NCBI GenBank assembly: GCA_019894975.1
Contig: JAGXNO010000021.1
Location: 1 to 59,860, forward strand
Source of the DNA: Promethearchaeota archaeon
GTDB taxonomy: Archaea; Asgardarchaeota; Lokiarchaeia; Sigyniarchaeales; SOKP01
DNA length: 59,860 nucleotides
Direction: 5' to 3'
The translations under genes and the position numbers were made by a program. Shown in pieces: positions 30,384-41,294 of the stretch. Each line of letters opens with the position of its first letter. The stretch's first letter is position 1. The notes below the pieces were generated by a model. It did not search any database, was not told the origin of the DNA, and worked only from the letters and a program-made list of their open reading frames with translations.

Positions 30384-31013
30384 CTAGATCTTTTGAATAC
30401 TTTCGTTTTTGTTTATTTGGCTATAGATCCGTGTTATCCTAAATACTAAAGTTGCAATAACTAACCACATGAAGATAAATAGGAATACTTGCATGTAACC
30501 ATAAAAGAAAGAGATTAGCATTGTTAAAAATAAATAAAAAAGTCTTTCAGACCTAGCCATCAGTCCAATGTCGAAATCTCCTTTGAAGATAACTTCTGCT
30601 CTTGCTCTGGTGTAACTAATCATAATAGAGGTAAAAAAAGAAATAAAAACTATCAATTTCATATCAAACCATTCCCATAAGACTTGATCTTTACTAAAAA
30701 TAAGGAGACCGAAGAAAATAAAGAATTCTGAAAATCTGTCCATGAATGAATCAATGAAACCACCGAACTTTGTTGCTGTATTAGTTAAACGGGCGATTGC
30801 TCCATCGCACCCATCCATAATTCCCGTAATAAACACAAAAATTGAAAAATATAAAAGATTTCGAAAACATACTAAAGATATAAAGCTGAAAAAAGAAAAA
30901 AGAAGCATTATAATCGTAGCTAAGTTTGGTGTGACTCTAAGTTTAATTAAACCTTTTGCGATTAGATTTACCAACCACCTAAAAATTTTTCTTACTCGAA
31001 ACTGAGAAGGCAT
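30384..31013 (-). CDS. CDP-alcohol phosphatidyltransferase (archaetidylinositol-phosphate synthase-like)
   Basis: DGCDGAIAR..FGGFIDSFMDR and SYTRARAE. Confidence 0.88.
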   Translation of the reverse strand: MPSQFRVRKIFRWLVNLIAKGLIKLRVTPNLATIIMLLFSFFSFISLVCFRNLLYFSIFVFITGIMDGCDGAIARLTNTATKFGGFIDSFMDRFSEFFIFFGLLIFSKDQVLWEWFDMKLIVFISFFTSIMISYTRARAEVIFKGDFDIGLMARSERLFYLFLTMLISFFYGYMQVFLFIFMWLVIATLVFRITRIYSQINKNESIQKI

Positions 31014-31136
31014 GTTTTATATCGTTTTATAGGATAAATTAAAATATATTTAGCATTATAAAATAACATAGTTTTTTTATTTTGATTATTTTAACTATAT
31101 AAATATTCACACACACAACAAAGAGATTGGAAGGAT

Positions 31137-31442
31137 TTGAAATTACGCTTAATTTTGAAAACCAAAACCAAGAAAAATAAAGATATAATTCTAAAATTTA
31201 ATATTGCTCCAAGTAAACATATCGGTTTTATCAATTTCATAAATCTAGCTCATGGTCAAGATCTACCTATCGAAATATCTTTTGAAAAAATTTCAAAATC
31301 TGGTGAGCGAGACGAAAGCAAAATTGTTGGGCAATTTAAACTACAGGGAAAAGCGGATTTAAAGCTATCTGAATTAGAAGAAGAAATTCAAGACGCAGAG
31401 CGTAAGAAGAAAAAACTCCAACAAAAACGAAAACAGCAGTAA
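31137..31442 (+). CDS. Hypothetical basic protein
   Basis: 101-aa ORF with TTG start. Confidence 0.6.
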   Translation: MKLRLILKTKTKKNKDIILKFNIAPSKHIGFINFINLAHGQDLPIEISFEKISKSGERDESKIVGQFKLQGKADLKLSELEEEIQDAERKKKKLQQKRKQQ

Positions 31443-31463
31443 ATTTATCGTCATTCTTATTCT

Positions 31464-32450
31464 ATGGAATCGATTGTTAATCCTATATATCAAACACTAT
31501 TTGTTATGAAATCTAAAGTTTCTTTAAAAGTTCCTGGCCGAATTTGCTTAATGGGAGATAAGGTTGATCTGTTGGGTAAACCCGTTATTGGAATGGCTAT
31601 TAATTTAATGATGACGATTAATTATGAAGAAAGAACAGATGAAAAGATTGAATTCTACAGTCATGACACAAAAGAAAGAGTGAAATTTATATTAGGAGAG
31701 TCCCCTCCTAAAAATATTGATCTTGCTTATTGGAGTGTTTTATATGAAAGATTGAAGCATCATATTAGAAAAGGATTTTACATTGATGTGAGTTCCGAAA
31801 TTCCGATCGGGGCGGGATTATCCACATCCGCAGCACTTTCTATAGGATTTATTAAGGCATTAAATCAAGCTCTTGATCTGGGCCTTTCAAATGGGGAAAT
31901 TGCGGAATTGGCATATTTAGGTGAAAATCACGATCTTGGTATTCAGTGTGGTAGACTCGATCAATATACTGAAGTATATGGGGGAATAGTCTTTATTCAG
32001 ACTGATGAGAATCCTAGTGTAGAATATTTAGATGTAGGAAGTTTACCTATAGTTGTTGGAGATTCCATGGAAGATAGGAAGGCTTCATTGATATTAAACA
32101 GAGTTAAAGCTCAGATTAAGAAAAAAGATTCAACCACGCTAAAAGCATTTACAATAATAGAGAAATGTGTTTATGAAGCTAAAGATGCTCTGTTACAAAA
32201 AAACTATAGCAAATTAGGAAAATTGATGGATATTCAACAAGAGCAAGAGAGAATTATTAAAGCCAGCACCGAAAAGATTGATGATTTATGTAATGCTGCA
32301 AAAAATGCCGGGGCTTTAGGTGCTAAACAAATGGGTGCTGGAGGAGGAGGCTGTATAGTTGCAATAGCACCTGGAAATCAAGAAGAAGTCGCCAAAGCAA
32401 TCAATCATGCTGGTGGTAGAGCTTGGATATTTGATATATTTAGATATTAG
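31464..32450 (+). CDS. GHMP kinase (mevalonate/galactokinase-like)
   Basis: PGRICLMG, IPIGAGLSTSAA and GAGGGG motifs. Confidence 0.85.
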   Translation: MESIVNPIYQTLFVMKSKVSLKVPGRICLMGDKVDLLGKPVIGMAINLMMTINYEERTDEKIEFYSHDTKERVKFILGESPPKNIDLAYWSVLYERLKHHIRKGFYIDVSSEIPIGAGLSTSAALSIGFIKALNQALDLGLSNGEIAELAYLGENHDLGIQCGRLDQYTEVYGGIVFIQTDENPSVEYLDVGSLPIVVGDSMEDRKASLILNRVKAQIKKKDSTTLKAFTIIEKCVYEAKDALLQKNYSKLGKLMDIQQEQERIIKASTEKIDDLCNAAKNAGALGAKQMGAGGGGCIVAIAPGNQEEVAKAINHAGGRAWIFDIFRY

Positions 32451-34612
32451 GCAATAGATTCTTGAATAATTTTTCTATATTGAAATTCCCATGACTTTCG
32501 AACATACAATGTATCATTTATTGTATCATAGACAATGGATCGTTCACTTAATCCTCCTGTATCCTCTGCATCAATCTCTATATCTAATGATTTTAATTCT
32601 TTTTTAACTACATCTAAGTTTTCCTGATAAGTCAGATCATAATCTAAGAATAACTTAGCCCCACCAACTATTAAAGCTCTGATATTTGACTCGTCTGCCC
32701 CATTATATATTAAATTATCATATAAATCCTTTACTGAAGTATCAGCGAAGGTATGAGGAAATAATAAATGGTAACCTTGTTTTGAAGCTGATGAGTCTGG
32801 TAAAGATATATGCGACATAGCAAATATATTATTTATTGGATCTTTAAGAATGAGACCTATACTTGACCCTAACCCCTCAATAGAAAATTTATTGCCATGG
32901 ATTGTATTGTCAAAAGAATTTATTAAACCATAATATCCCATCGGGATAATGTATTCCTTCTTGCTATTTGTTTTTTCAACTCGATCATACCTTTTTTCAT
33001 CAAACGGAGGTATAATTTCCTTTTTTTCCTCTCTAAGTTCAATTTCCTTCGAATTAATATTATTTTTTATTTCTCCTTGAATTACTTTCCTAGAGTACTG
33101 TCCTATATGATTTAAACGATCCTGTAACTGTCTTTCTTTTTGTTCTATTACTTGCTCTCGTTTTTCTAATCGTTTCTTTAGTTGTTCTAATGACTGTTTC
33201 TTATTATCGATCTGTCTTTCTTTTTCCTTTGAATTAGTATAAGATTTCTGTATTTTTTTTCTCTGTATTTCTAATTTTTCCCTTTCTTATACTAGATAAT
33301 TTGATCTGTTCTCAAGATCCTCTAATCTTCTCTCTAAACTTATTTCTTTTAATCTTAGATCTTCTTCTTTTTTACCTAGTAAAATCTCTTTTTTTTCAAT
33401 TAGAGATTTTTCTTTTATTTTGGGATGGAGTTTTGGTTTCTCTTTACTTTTAGACTCAAAATTATTGTATCCATTATTTACAACGATGTCAGTAAATTTT
33501 AATTCAGCGGGTTCTAGTTTTTTAACTATTGGATCACTCTGAGATTTAGGGGTATTTTGAGCTCGATTTTTAACTTGTTTTTTATTTACTATACTCTTTT
33601 TCTCTGGGTGCTTTTCTATCTCAAATTTTTTTACCTTTTTTTCGATGAGGTTTCCTTTTTGGACCATACCAACCTTCTTTTTATTATGAACTTCTCTTTT
33701 TTTATTATCTACGGATTTTCTTATATTTCTTGCTTCACTACTTTGAAATGCATTATAAATTTTACGTTGAAAACTATCATTCTGAGAGGATAAATTTTTT
33801 ATATAAAAACGATCCCTAATATTAATTGCTTCAAAACACGTACCTTGGGGCGAAAAGGTTTCTGATCCACCTAATACTAACAATCCACCATTACGTAATC
33901 GAGATTCTATAACTCTCATTAATTTTTCTCGAGCATATTGATTAATGTAGATAATGAAATTACGACAAAAAATAATATCAAATTTTTCATTATTTTGATG
34001 TCCCTTGATTATATCTTCTTGAAAAAACGTTACTTTTTTTTTGATATTGTTGTTAATTGTATATTTTGGGCCAATAGCTGTGTCTTGTCTTGAAAAGTAG
34101 GCGTTTAATACAATTTTGGGAGTTTCATGTACCGCATATTCTCCATAGATTCCTTTTTTAGCAACCATCAAAGCATTTTTATCTATATCAGAAGCCACAA
34201 TCTTAAAATCAGGAAAATCTTTAACGGAGTTTTTATATTGGTCTAACATCATTGCAATCGTATATGGTTCATCTCCTGTAGCACAAGGAGCAGACCATAT
34301 GTTAAGAGGTCGTTTGAGATCTCTAACATATATTTTTAAATATTTCTCAAAACTCTCAAACACGTTAAAGTTTCTAAAAAAGTAAGTATAATTAATGGTG
34401 AATTTATCCAAAAATAAATCAAGTTCATTAGGATTTGAGTTGATGTAGTTTATATACTGTTGATAACGTTCTAAATTTAAATGTTTCATTCTATAATGAA
34501 TTCTTTTTTCTAGAAAGTTTCTTTGATAGTGTTCAAATTCCATTCCAGTAGCTCTTTTTAATTCACTTATCAATAGGTCAATGGAGTTTGGATTAAGAGC
34601 TGGTAGCGAAAT
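32447..34612 (-). pseudogene. CheR methyltransferase-coiled coil-CheD fusion interrupted by one in-frame TAA (33287-33289)
   Basis: CheR motifs TINYTYFFR, IWSAPCATGDEPY, DIIFCRN. After the TAA the same frame stays open for 115 codons into CheD (GLGSSIG, SHISLP, FADT, GGA, AEDTGG..R). Confidence 0.75.
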
Positions 34613-34765
34613 AATTTACACCAAATCGATAAATAGTTTGAATTTTTTCTAATGCATTATATATTAATGCATAATAAAATTTTGGGAAGAAAAATTTGTT
34701 CTTGTTAGTGTAACGTAATAAAATTAAGATTTCCTTCCCTTTTTGTGGTAAAAATTATTGCACTT

Positions 34766-35515
34766 TCATGTAAAAGAGATAAATCCCATTTTAACGAGAT
34801 TTTTACAAATGTTATAGACCTTATTATGCTCTACATTAAGTTCTTCTGTGATTTGGTTAATAGTTTTCTGACCATCAATATTATCATATATCTTACAAGA
34901 GACATTCCCTGTTAAATAATGTTTGGGATTGATCTTCTTTGTAGAGGTGAAATTAGGAACAAAATCATAAAAATCGGGATTCGATTCAATTCCTTCTAGA
35001 TCGCTCTCAAGTTTTACAGGTACATCAATGTTATCTTCGAAACTTTTCAACCAACTAACAACGCTATTATCATAACTTACTTTTTTTACTTTTTCTTCTT
35101 TCTCATTGTATTCTTCAATTACACTGAGAAAATCTTTAAAACGGTCTAATTTTCCGTTCCAGTTTATTATTTGATTATAACTATAGGTTTTTAAAAAAAG
35201 ATTAGAGATTTTACTTAAAAACTTCTGTACATTCATAAGTTCTGAGTTTTTATCATAAGTTGCGAGGAAAATTAAATCTGGAATGTTAGGATCTTTTAGA
35301 AAAGATAGCTTAAGATTGTTATTCGAGAGTTTCAACTCGCTTATTGTACCTAAATCTTCAAATGAATCAGAAAAAGAATTTAGTGCAGAGAAAAAGCCAG
35401 ACACCATTATTAGATTGTCTATTTCTGAGAACATATTTTTTACATTTGAAGAATTAGAGAAGCTCTTAGACAATAGCGGTAATCCATCTTTTATAATCAG
35501 AACGTCGCAAATCAT
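34766..35515 (-). CDS. Longin/roadblock-like domain plus C-terminal winged helix
   Basis: IIKDGLPLL..MVSGFFSALNSF and IDGQKTINQI..NLVKMGFI. Confidence 0.6.
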   Translation of the reverse strand: MICDVLIIKDGLPLLSKSFSNSSNVKNMFSEIDNLIMVSGFFSALNSFSDSFEDLGTISELKLSNNNLKLSFLKDPNIPDLIFLATYDKNSELMNVQKFLSKISNLFLKTYSYNQIINWNGKLDRFKDFLSVIEEYNEKEEKVKKVSYDNSVVSWLKSFEDNIDVPVKLESDLEGIESNPDFYDFVPNFTSTKKINPKHYLTGNVSCKIYDNIDGQKTINQITEELNVEHNKVYNICKNLVKMGFISFT

Positions 35516-35623
35516 TAATCTCAGCAGAACAATCCATATTTAACAGTAAATAATAAAACTGCCTAAAATAAAATAATATTATCTACGATAGTGGAAAAAA
35601 GAAGAATTATAATACTGAAGTAA

Positions 35624-35649
35624 TATCGGAATAATATAATATTCCGATA
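35624..35649. promoter_or_regulatory. Perfect 10-bp inverted repeat, candidate operator
   Basis: TATCGGAATA-N6-TATTCCGATA between divergent genes. Confidence 0.5.
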
Positions 35650-35705
35650 AAAAAAGGGCTACTACAAACCTTTACATTCAAAATTCTAATTGGTGAATAC
35701 ATAGA

Positions 35706-36440
35706 TTGAAAGCCATTATACTATGTGCTGGATTTGGAAAGCGAATGAAACCATATACTAACACTTATCAGAAATCGATGATACCTATTCACGGAAAACC
35801 ATTATTAGAATATATTCTTAGTGGAATATCGTCTGCGGGATTGAAAGATTTTATAATTGTTGTAGGTTATCGTAAAGATCAGATTATCGATTACTTTCAA
35901 GAGGGCGATAAATGGGGGATTAATATTGATTATATAGAACAAAAAGATTTAAACGGCACTGGGGGTGCTTTACTAATTTGCGAGGATCTAATAAAAAATG
36001 ACCATTTCTTTTTAACATGGGGAGATATTTTGGTTCAATATAAAGTATATAAAGAAGTAATCGACATTTTCAATACAGAAAGTCAAAATTTTGTTTTAGT
36101 AGCAAACGAAACAGAGGATCCCTATAGAGGTGCTGCGGTTTATCATGAAAACGATTATTGTACAAATATTATTGAAAAGCCACCGTTAGGGAAGTCGAGA
36201 TCAAATCTAAATAATAGCGGAGTTTTTGTTTTTTCCCAAGACATATTCCAAGTGTTAAAGATGTTAAAACCATCAAAAAGAGGGGAAATTGAACTGGTAG
36301 AGGCAATTAATTATGGGATACAATATAAAAAGTGGAAGATAAGAATGATAAAAACAAAGTTTAGAGGAGATTTTGGCAATATTGCTGTGTATGAACAACT
36401 AAGTAAAGAAAAAAACTGGTTAGATATATTACTTACATAG
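35706..36440 (+). CDS. Sugar-1-phosphate nucleotidyltransferase
   Basis: AIILCAGFGKRMKP, GTGGA, EKP and SKRGEIEL. Confidence 0.88.
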   Translation: MKAIILCAGFGKRMKPYTNTYQKSMIPIHGKPLLEYILSGISSAGLKDFIIVVGYRKDQIIDYFQEGDKWGINIDYIEQKDLNGTGGALLICEDLIKNDHFFLTWGDILVQYKVYKEVIDIFNTESQNFVLVANETEDPYRGAAVYHENDYCTNIIEKPPLGKSRSNLNNSGVFVFSQDIFQVLKMLKPSKRGEIELVEAINYGIQYKKWKIRMIKTKFRGDFGNIAVYEQLSKEKNWLDILLT

Positions 36441-36604
36441 CAATTCATTGAGTCAAAAATTTGAAAAGAAACTATATTTATATTTCTAAGAAACGTAATA
36501 TTATTTTTTTAGATTTACTAGTTTATGGACTATAGAAGTAAATTATATTATAACGGTAGTTATACATTATATATCTCTAAATTAATAAATGAGTGTGATT
36601 CACA

Positions 36605-37171
36605 ATGACAGATGATAAGTATAAAAATCGTTATTATTACAAGGAGTCCTATGAGGCTGCTATAGGAACCTTCGCAACAGCTTTAGTCTTTCTTTTTGTT
36701 GCTTGTATGTCATTAGTATTGAATGCTTTTGAACGTCCTTTCCTTGGTTTGAGATATTGGGGTTATTGGCTCTTTATCCCAGCCTTCTTTATATTCATAG
36801 GTGGATTTCAACAGTTGTACAGAAATACGAAATATAAACAATTAGTCAAAAGTGCTTTAGCTCAAAGAAATTTTGAAGGGACCCACAAACTAGAACATAT
36901 TGCATTAGAAATCGGGATGCGACCAAAGGATATACTACGCGTCCTGCAAGATTTAAGAACTAAAGGTGTTGCACAATACAGCTTTAACTCAGAGACGGGA
37001 CAGATTATCTTGGGAAAAACAATAACATATGAACCCGCAAGTGAATATGTTGCTCCTGCTAAAAAATTAGAAAATCCCTTACCTACAGAGGGTAAGAACT
37101 TCTGTGTTTACTGCGGTCATAAAATCGAAGTAAAGGGTAGTTTCTGTCCTAATTGTGGTTCTAATCTATAG
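36605..37171 (+). CDS. Membrane protein with winged-helix-like region and C-terminal double zinc ribbon
   Basis: 2 TM; FCVYCG..FCPNCG. Confidence 0.7.
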   Translation: MTDDKYKNRYYYKESYEAAIGTFATALVFLFVACMSLVLNAFERPFLGLRYWGYWLFIPAFFIFIGGFQQLYRNTKYKQLVKSALAQRNFEGTHKLEHIALEIGMRPKDILRVLQDLRTKGVAQYSFNSETGQIILGKTITYEPASEYVAPAKKLENPLPTEGKNFCVYCGHKIEVKGSFCPNCGSNL

Positions 37172-37275
37172 ATATTTTTTTTATAATCCTCTTTTTTTTG
37201 TTTTTAATAAAATTTTTTACTTACCATTAAATTAGTTATATAGGAATTAGGGTTTTCTATTATTGGTGATTTAAG

Positions 37276-38796
37276 ATTACGACATGTGAAGGCAAAAAAA
37301 CTGATTTCAGATCAGATGAAGAGATTAAAAATAACAATATCCCCTTTCAAAGAGATAATATCCCATTTAATTTAATGTTCAATCCCCGAGCTGTAGCAAT
37401 TGTTGGTGTTAGTAAAGGAAGGGATTGGGGTGGAACTCATTATTTAGAAACTTTTAGAGAATATAATTATTCAGGACCTGTTTATCCCGTTAATCCTAAA
37501 TATGATGGAGAAGAAATTCATGGATACAAAGTATATGGGTCAATAGCTTCTTTACCAGATGATCCACCAATCGATCTTGGAATAGTGGCTGTTCCCGCAA
37601 AAGTTACACCACAAATAATTGAGGAATTAGGACAGAAGGGAGTTCTTTTTGCCCATATATTTTCAAGTGGATTTTCAGAACTTGGAGAAGAAGGTAAGCA
37701 ACTTGAAAAGCAACTAATAGAAAAAGCAAAGAAAAATCATATACGGATTCTCGGCCCTAATTGTATGGGAATTTATAATCCTAAGAGTCGTATCGGTTTT
37801 ACTCATAGACTTCCATTAAAAAGTGGACCTGTAGCTTTTGTAAGTCAATCGGGTGGAAATGCACATCGACATGCGTTTACGGGAGTTGTAAAGGGTTACT
37901 TCTTCTCAAAAATCATTTCTCTTGGTAATCAGATAGATATCGATCTCGTCGATTTCTTGAATTATTTCAGATCTGACCCTGATACTAAGGTTATTACTAT
38001 GTATGTTGAAAATATAAAAAGAGGGGGAAATGAATTCGTCAAATTACTGAAAGAAACCACAAAGGAAAAACCTGTGATAATATGGAAAGGTGGTAAACTA
38101 GAAGCAGGCCATAGCGCAGTTAGGAGCCACACTGGAGGTTTAGCAGGTAATATTAAATTATGGAAATCTATGGCACGGCAAACAGGAGTTATTCTCGTAA
38201 ATAACTTCAAAGAGTTAGCTGATATGATTCAAACTTGTTTACTTTTTAAGATTCCTGATAATCTTGGTACGGCTATCATAACTGGAGGTGGAGGTCCTGC
38301 GGTGGAACTTACAGATGAGTGTGAAGCATATGGTCTTAAAGTACCAAGGATAACAGAAATAGCCCAGAAGAAGATAAATGAATTCATTCCTCAAGTAAAC
38401 TCAAATCTTTCAAATCCTTTAGAATTCGGGGCTAATGGTGGTCATCAAAATATGGTTAAAGTCATGAAAATTCTTGATGAAGAACCTCATATATCCTCAA
38501 TAATGATTACAAATAATCCTGAATGGTATTATTCTTCAAAATTAAATATGGATGATGTCGTCAAGAGCTTAGCTAATACGATATCCCCTAATTCGAATAA
38601 AAATTTGTTTAGTATTTATAATTCTTCTAGAGCCCGGAAAGAAACAATAGATATCATTGATGAATTTTATCTAAAAACAAGAGAACATGGAATAATTATT
38701 TATGATTCAGCAATGGCAGCGGCCAAGAGCATTTATCATTTATGGACTTATGGAAATTATCTGAAAAACCACGGATATAAAGATAATACCAAATAG
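37276..38796 (+). CDS. Acetate/acyl-CoA ligase (ADP-forming) alpha subunit; possible ATT start at 37276, ATG at 37375
   Basis: FNPRAVAIVG, GPNCMG, SQSG, SHTG phospho-His and NPLE. Confidence 0.88.
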   Translation: MTTCEGKKTDFRSDEEIKNNNIPFQRDNIPFNLMFNPRAVAIVGVSKGRDWGGTHYLETFREYNYSGPVYPVNPKYDGEEIHGYKVYGSIASLPDDPPIDLGIVAVPAKVTPQIIEELGQKGVLFAHIFSSGFSELGEEGKQLEKQLIEKAKKNHIRILGPNCMGIYNPKSRIGFTHRLPLKSGPVAFVSQSGGNAHRHAFTGVVKGYFFSKIISLGNQIDIDLVDFLNYFRSDPDTKVITMYVENIKRGGNEFVKLLKETTKEKPVIIWKGGKLEAGHSAVRSHTGGLAGNIKLWKSMARQTGVILVNNFKELADMIQTCLLFKIPDNLGTAIITGGGGPAVELTDECEAYGLKVPRITEIAQKKINEFIPQVNSNLSNPLEFGANGGHQNMVKVMKILDEEPHISSIMITNNPEWYYSSKLNMDDVVKSLANTISPNSNKNLFSIYNSSRARKETIDIIDEFYLKTREHGIIIYDSAMAAAKSIYHLWTYGNYLKNHGYKDNTK

Positions 38797-38845
38797 AAGC
38801 TTTATATTTACAAATTAAAAATAAAAAAGATTTAACTAAAATTTC

Positions 38846-38953
38846 CTATAATTTTCTACCTATTGTTGCTTTTGCTTTTTTATCTGAGTATAGTTTTTGC
38901 ACATCTTCAGTTAATTGATCATATTTTTCTTTATTTATTGGAAAGAAGCGCAT
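38846..38953 (-). pseudogene. C-terminal remnant resembling an MFS (GPH/MelB-type) transporter tail
   Basis: MRFFPINKEKYDQLTEDVQKLYSDKKAK with no upstream body. Confidence 0.4.
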
Positions 38954-39192
38954 TGCTATTATATTCTGAATCAGAATTTGTAGCGTGCAATAATTTTGTA
39001 TATTAATTTGCTATTAGTATTAATAAAATCTGCTTTTTGTCAAACTTGTGTAAAATTTGATTCTTTTAATATACATATAGATTCTGCCCTTAAGATGTAA
39101 ATTTGTCGAATTGCCACTAAACTACTAGGGGCTTTCATTTTAAATATGTAATTGCTGCAATATATATCAAACTGTAATTTTCTCCGAGATGA

Positions 39193-39672
39193 GATATTAT
39201 TTCAAAAGGCTTTGCTAACAAAGAAATTTCGGAAATTTCGATTCTAAATAGCCAAAATTTAATAAGGACAGTTTATGTTGGCCAGTTAGATTCTCAGAGT
39301 AAAAATGACAGCGTTATTTCTGAACTTGTTTCTGAGCTATTTAAACATATTGAATCAAAAGATTCGTTTGATTTCATTTCGGATTTACTTCTTACTTCTT
39401 TAAGTAAACATAAAAAGACGTATTCGATTGAAAATAGTCAATCAACTCATGAAAAAACATTAGAAATTATTAATAACATTAATATAAATAGTTTTAAGAC
39501 AAAAGCCTCCGATGTAAAAACAGAGTACCTTTCAATTTCTAATGATATTCATTCTATATTAGCTAATTGTCCTGATTTATCTCGTGATCAAAAACTAGAC
39601 TACTGCGATAGTCAAAGATATTTCATGAAAATGTATATGAAAGAAATTGTTGTTAAATTAAAGAACCAATAA
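39193..39672 (+). pseudogene. Start-less ~159-codon open frame, probable gene remnant
   Basis: Open from after TGA 39190-92 to TAA 39670-72; first ATG only near the end. Confidence 0.5.
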
Positions 39673-39791
39673 TTAATATTAACTTTGACTAAGGAATGTT
39701 CTTTTTTTAAACAAATTGATATATCACAATCGTTTAAAATAAAAATATTAAAAAAAAAGAAATTGATTTAATTATTAGAGGACGTAAGTTT

Positions 39792-40493
39792 CTACGTCCT
39801 CAGTCCTAGGTACATCCAGACACTATAAGTCATCATAACGACTCGAACAAATCCAATAGCCAAGGGTAATGTAAGGATTGAGTCCAATGCTCCGCAAATG
39901 ACAAAAACATAGAACCCTATAGTTAAATATATAAATTTTTTTCTCAATTGGCCCGTTGACTGCTTAGCTTTGATTGTAAACCCTATTCCTAAGAAAATTA
40001 AAGCAGAAACTAAGAATCCAGCAACCATTAGAAATGTCGGGTGAGTTCTGTTAAAACTTGCATCAATCAAACCGTCCACTACTTGAACTTCAATGTAGTC
40101 AAATGATTGCCATGGGCTAAACCAGAGAAACATTTCAAAAATTACACCTAAAACTATGAAGATTCCAACAAGTAGCCATTTATATTTAGGTATTAGAAGT
40201 TCACCCCCTAAAAACATCGCAAAAAACAAAGCAGGTGCAACTGATGTATAACTTAAAAGGACATAAACCTGTCTTGGCTCAATATTATTATTTGCGATCA
40301 ATTTGAACAGAAAGTCAACTGTTGGTCCAAGCCATAAGAAACCAACAAAAAATATCATTATTCCCGCTATAGAGAGTAGTTTAGCCTTCAATTTAATTGA
40401 TTTATAGAGAGATAGCAATCCAAAAATCGCAGTTGATAAAACTATACCAGAAGCGGTTAATCCATCCAACCAACCTTCAAACGCGATAGTCAT
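39792..40493 (-). CDS. Hypothetical ~7-TM membrane protein
   Basis: Seven hydrophobic segments. Confidence 0.65.
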   Translation of the reverse strand: MTIAFEGWLDGLTASGIVLSTAIFGLLSLYKSIKLKAKLLSIAGIMIFFVGFLWLGPTVDFLFKLIANNNIEPRQVYVLLSYTSVAPALFFAMFLGGELLIPKYKWLLVGIFIVLGVIFEMFLWFSPWQSFDYIEVQVVDGLIDASFNRTHPTFLMVAGFLVSALIFLGIGFTIKAKQSTGQLRKKFIYLTIGFYVFVICGALDSILTLPLAIGFVRVVMMTYSVWMYLGLRT

Positions 40494-40665
40494 TTGTTCA
40501 TTCCACCATTTTTTATAAAAATATCATTCTAAATTTAAAATTATATATTTATTTATTTTGTTTCTATTTATAAATATATTTTTTGAAGTTATAAAACAAT
40601 CTGATGTTTGAAGCTGTAAGTCTAAAGGTTCTCTAATTATAATTATTTTAGGATTTCCAACCAAA

Positions 40666-41214
40666 TTAAACCCTTCTATAGATAAATGTACAGATTTTTT
40701 GATCTTCTATTTCATGTTCTACTTTATACCTTAATTCTAAGAATTGATTAAGTTTTTGTATTGGATAAATATGAGAAATAATAATAGCTCCACATTTCGC
40801 TGTTAGTAAGACGTGTTTCAGATATTTTTGCATTGTAGGTAAAGAATAAATATATATATAATCAAATGTCTCTAAATTTTGCTGATAAAAATCTCCATGA
40901 ATTATTTTAATCTTTTTAAACCAGTTTTTTTCAGATTTTTTATGTTTCTTTAATGATTTAATAGAATTTTTAGCTTCCTCTATTAGAACAGGATCAATTT
41001 CAATACCAATTGATCTTATCCTATAGTTTATTGCAGAATAAATAATAACTTGTCCATTTCCCGCACCTAAATCTATAAAAACCTGATTTGAATCTTCTTT
41101 TAAACCAAATTGGTTTTTGAGAGATTCAAATATATTTTGCAGATGGATCTGTTTGGTTTCTAAAAAAGGCAAATCAAGTTGAGAAATAAATTTATAAAAA
41201 TCCTTTTTGGGCAT
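40666..41214 (-). CDS. Class I SAM-dependent methyltransferase
   Basis: FIDLGAGNG, GIEID and GDF motifs. Confidence 0.85.
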   Translation of the reverse strand: MPKKDFYKFISQLDLPFLETKQIHLQNIFESLKNQFGLKEDSNQVFIDLGAGNGQVIIYSAINYRIRSIGIEIDPVLIEEAKNSIKSLKKHKKSEKNWFKKIKIIHGDFYQQNLETFDYIYIYSLPTMQKYLKHVLLTAKCGAIIISHIYPIQKLNQFLELRYKVEHEIEDQKICTFIYRRV

Positions 41215-41294
41215 CTTATAGTTTAAAATTCTTAAAATTATAAAATTTTCATATTCATTAATTATTGAAATATAATTAAATCTTATGGAACAAT

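Noticed and set aside
39190-39192. TGA as selenocysteine
   Set aside because: No redox motif context or recognisable SECIS, and there is another stop just upstream
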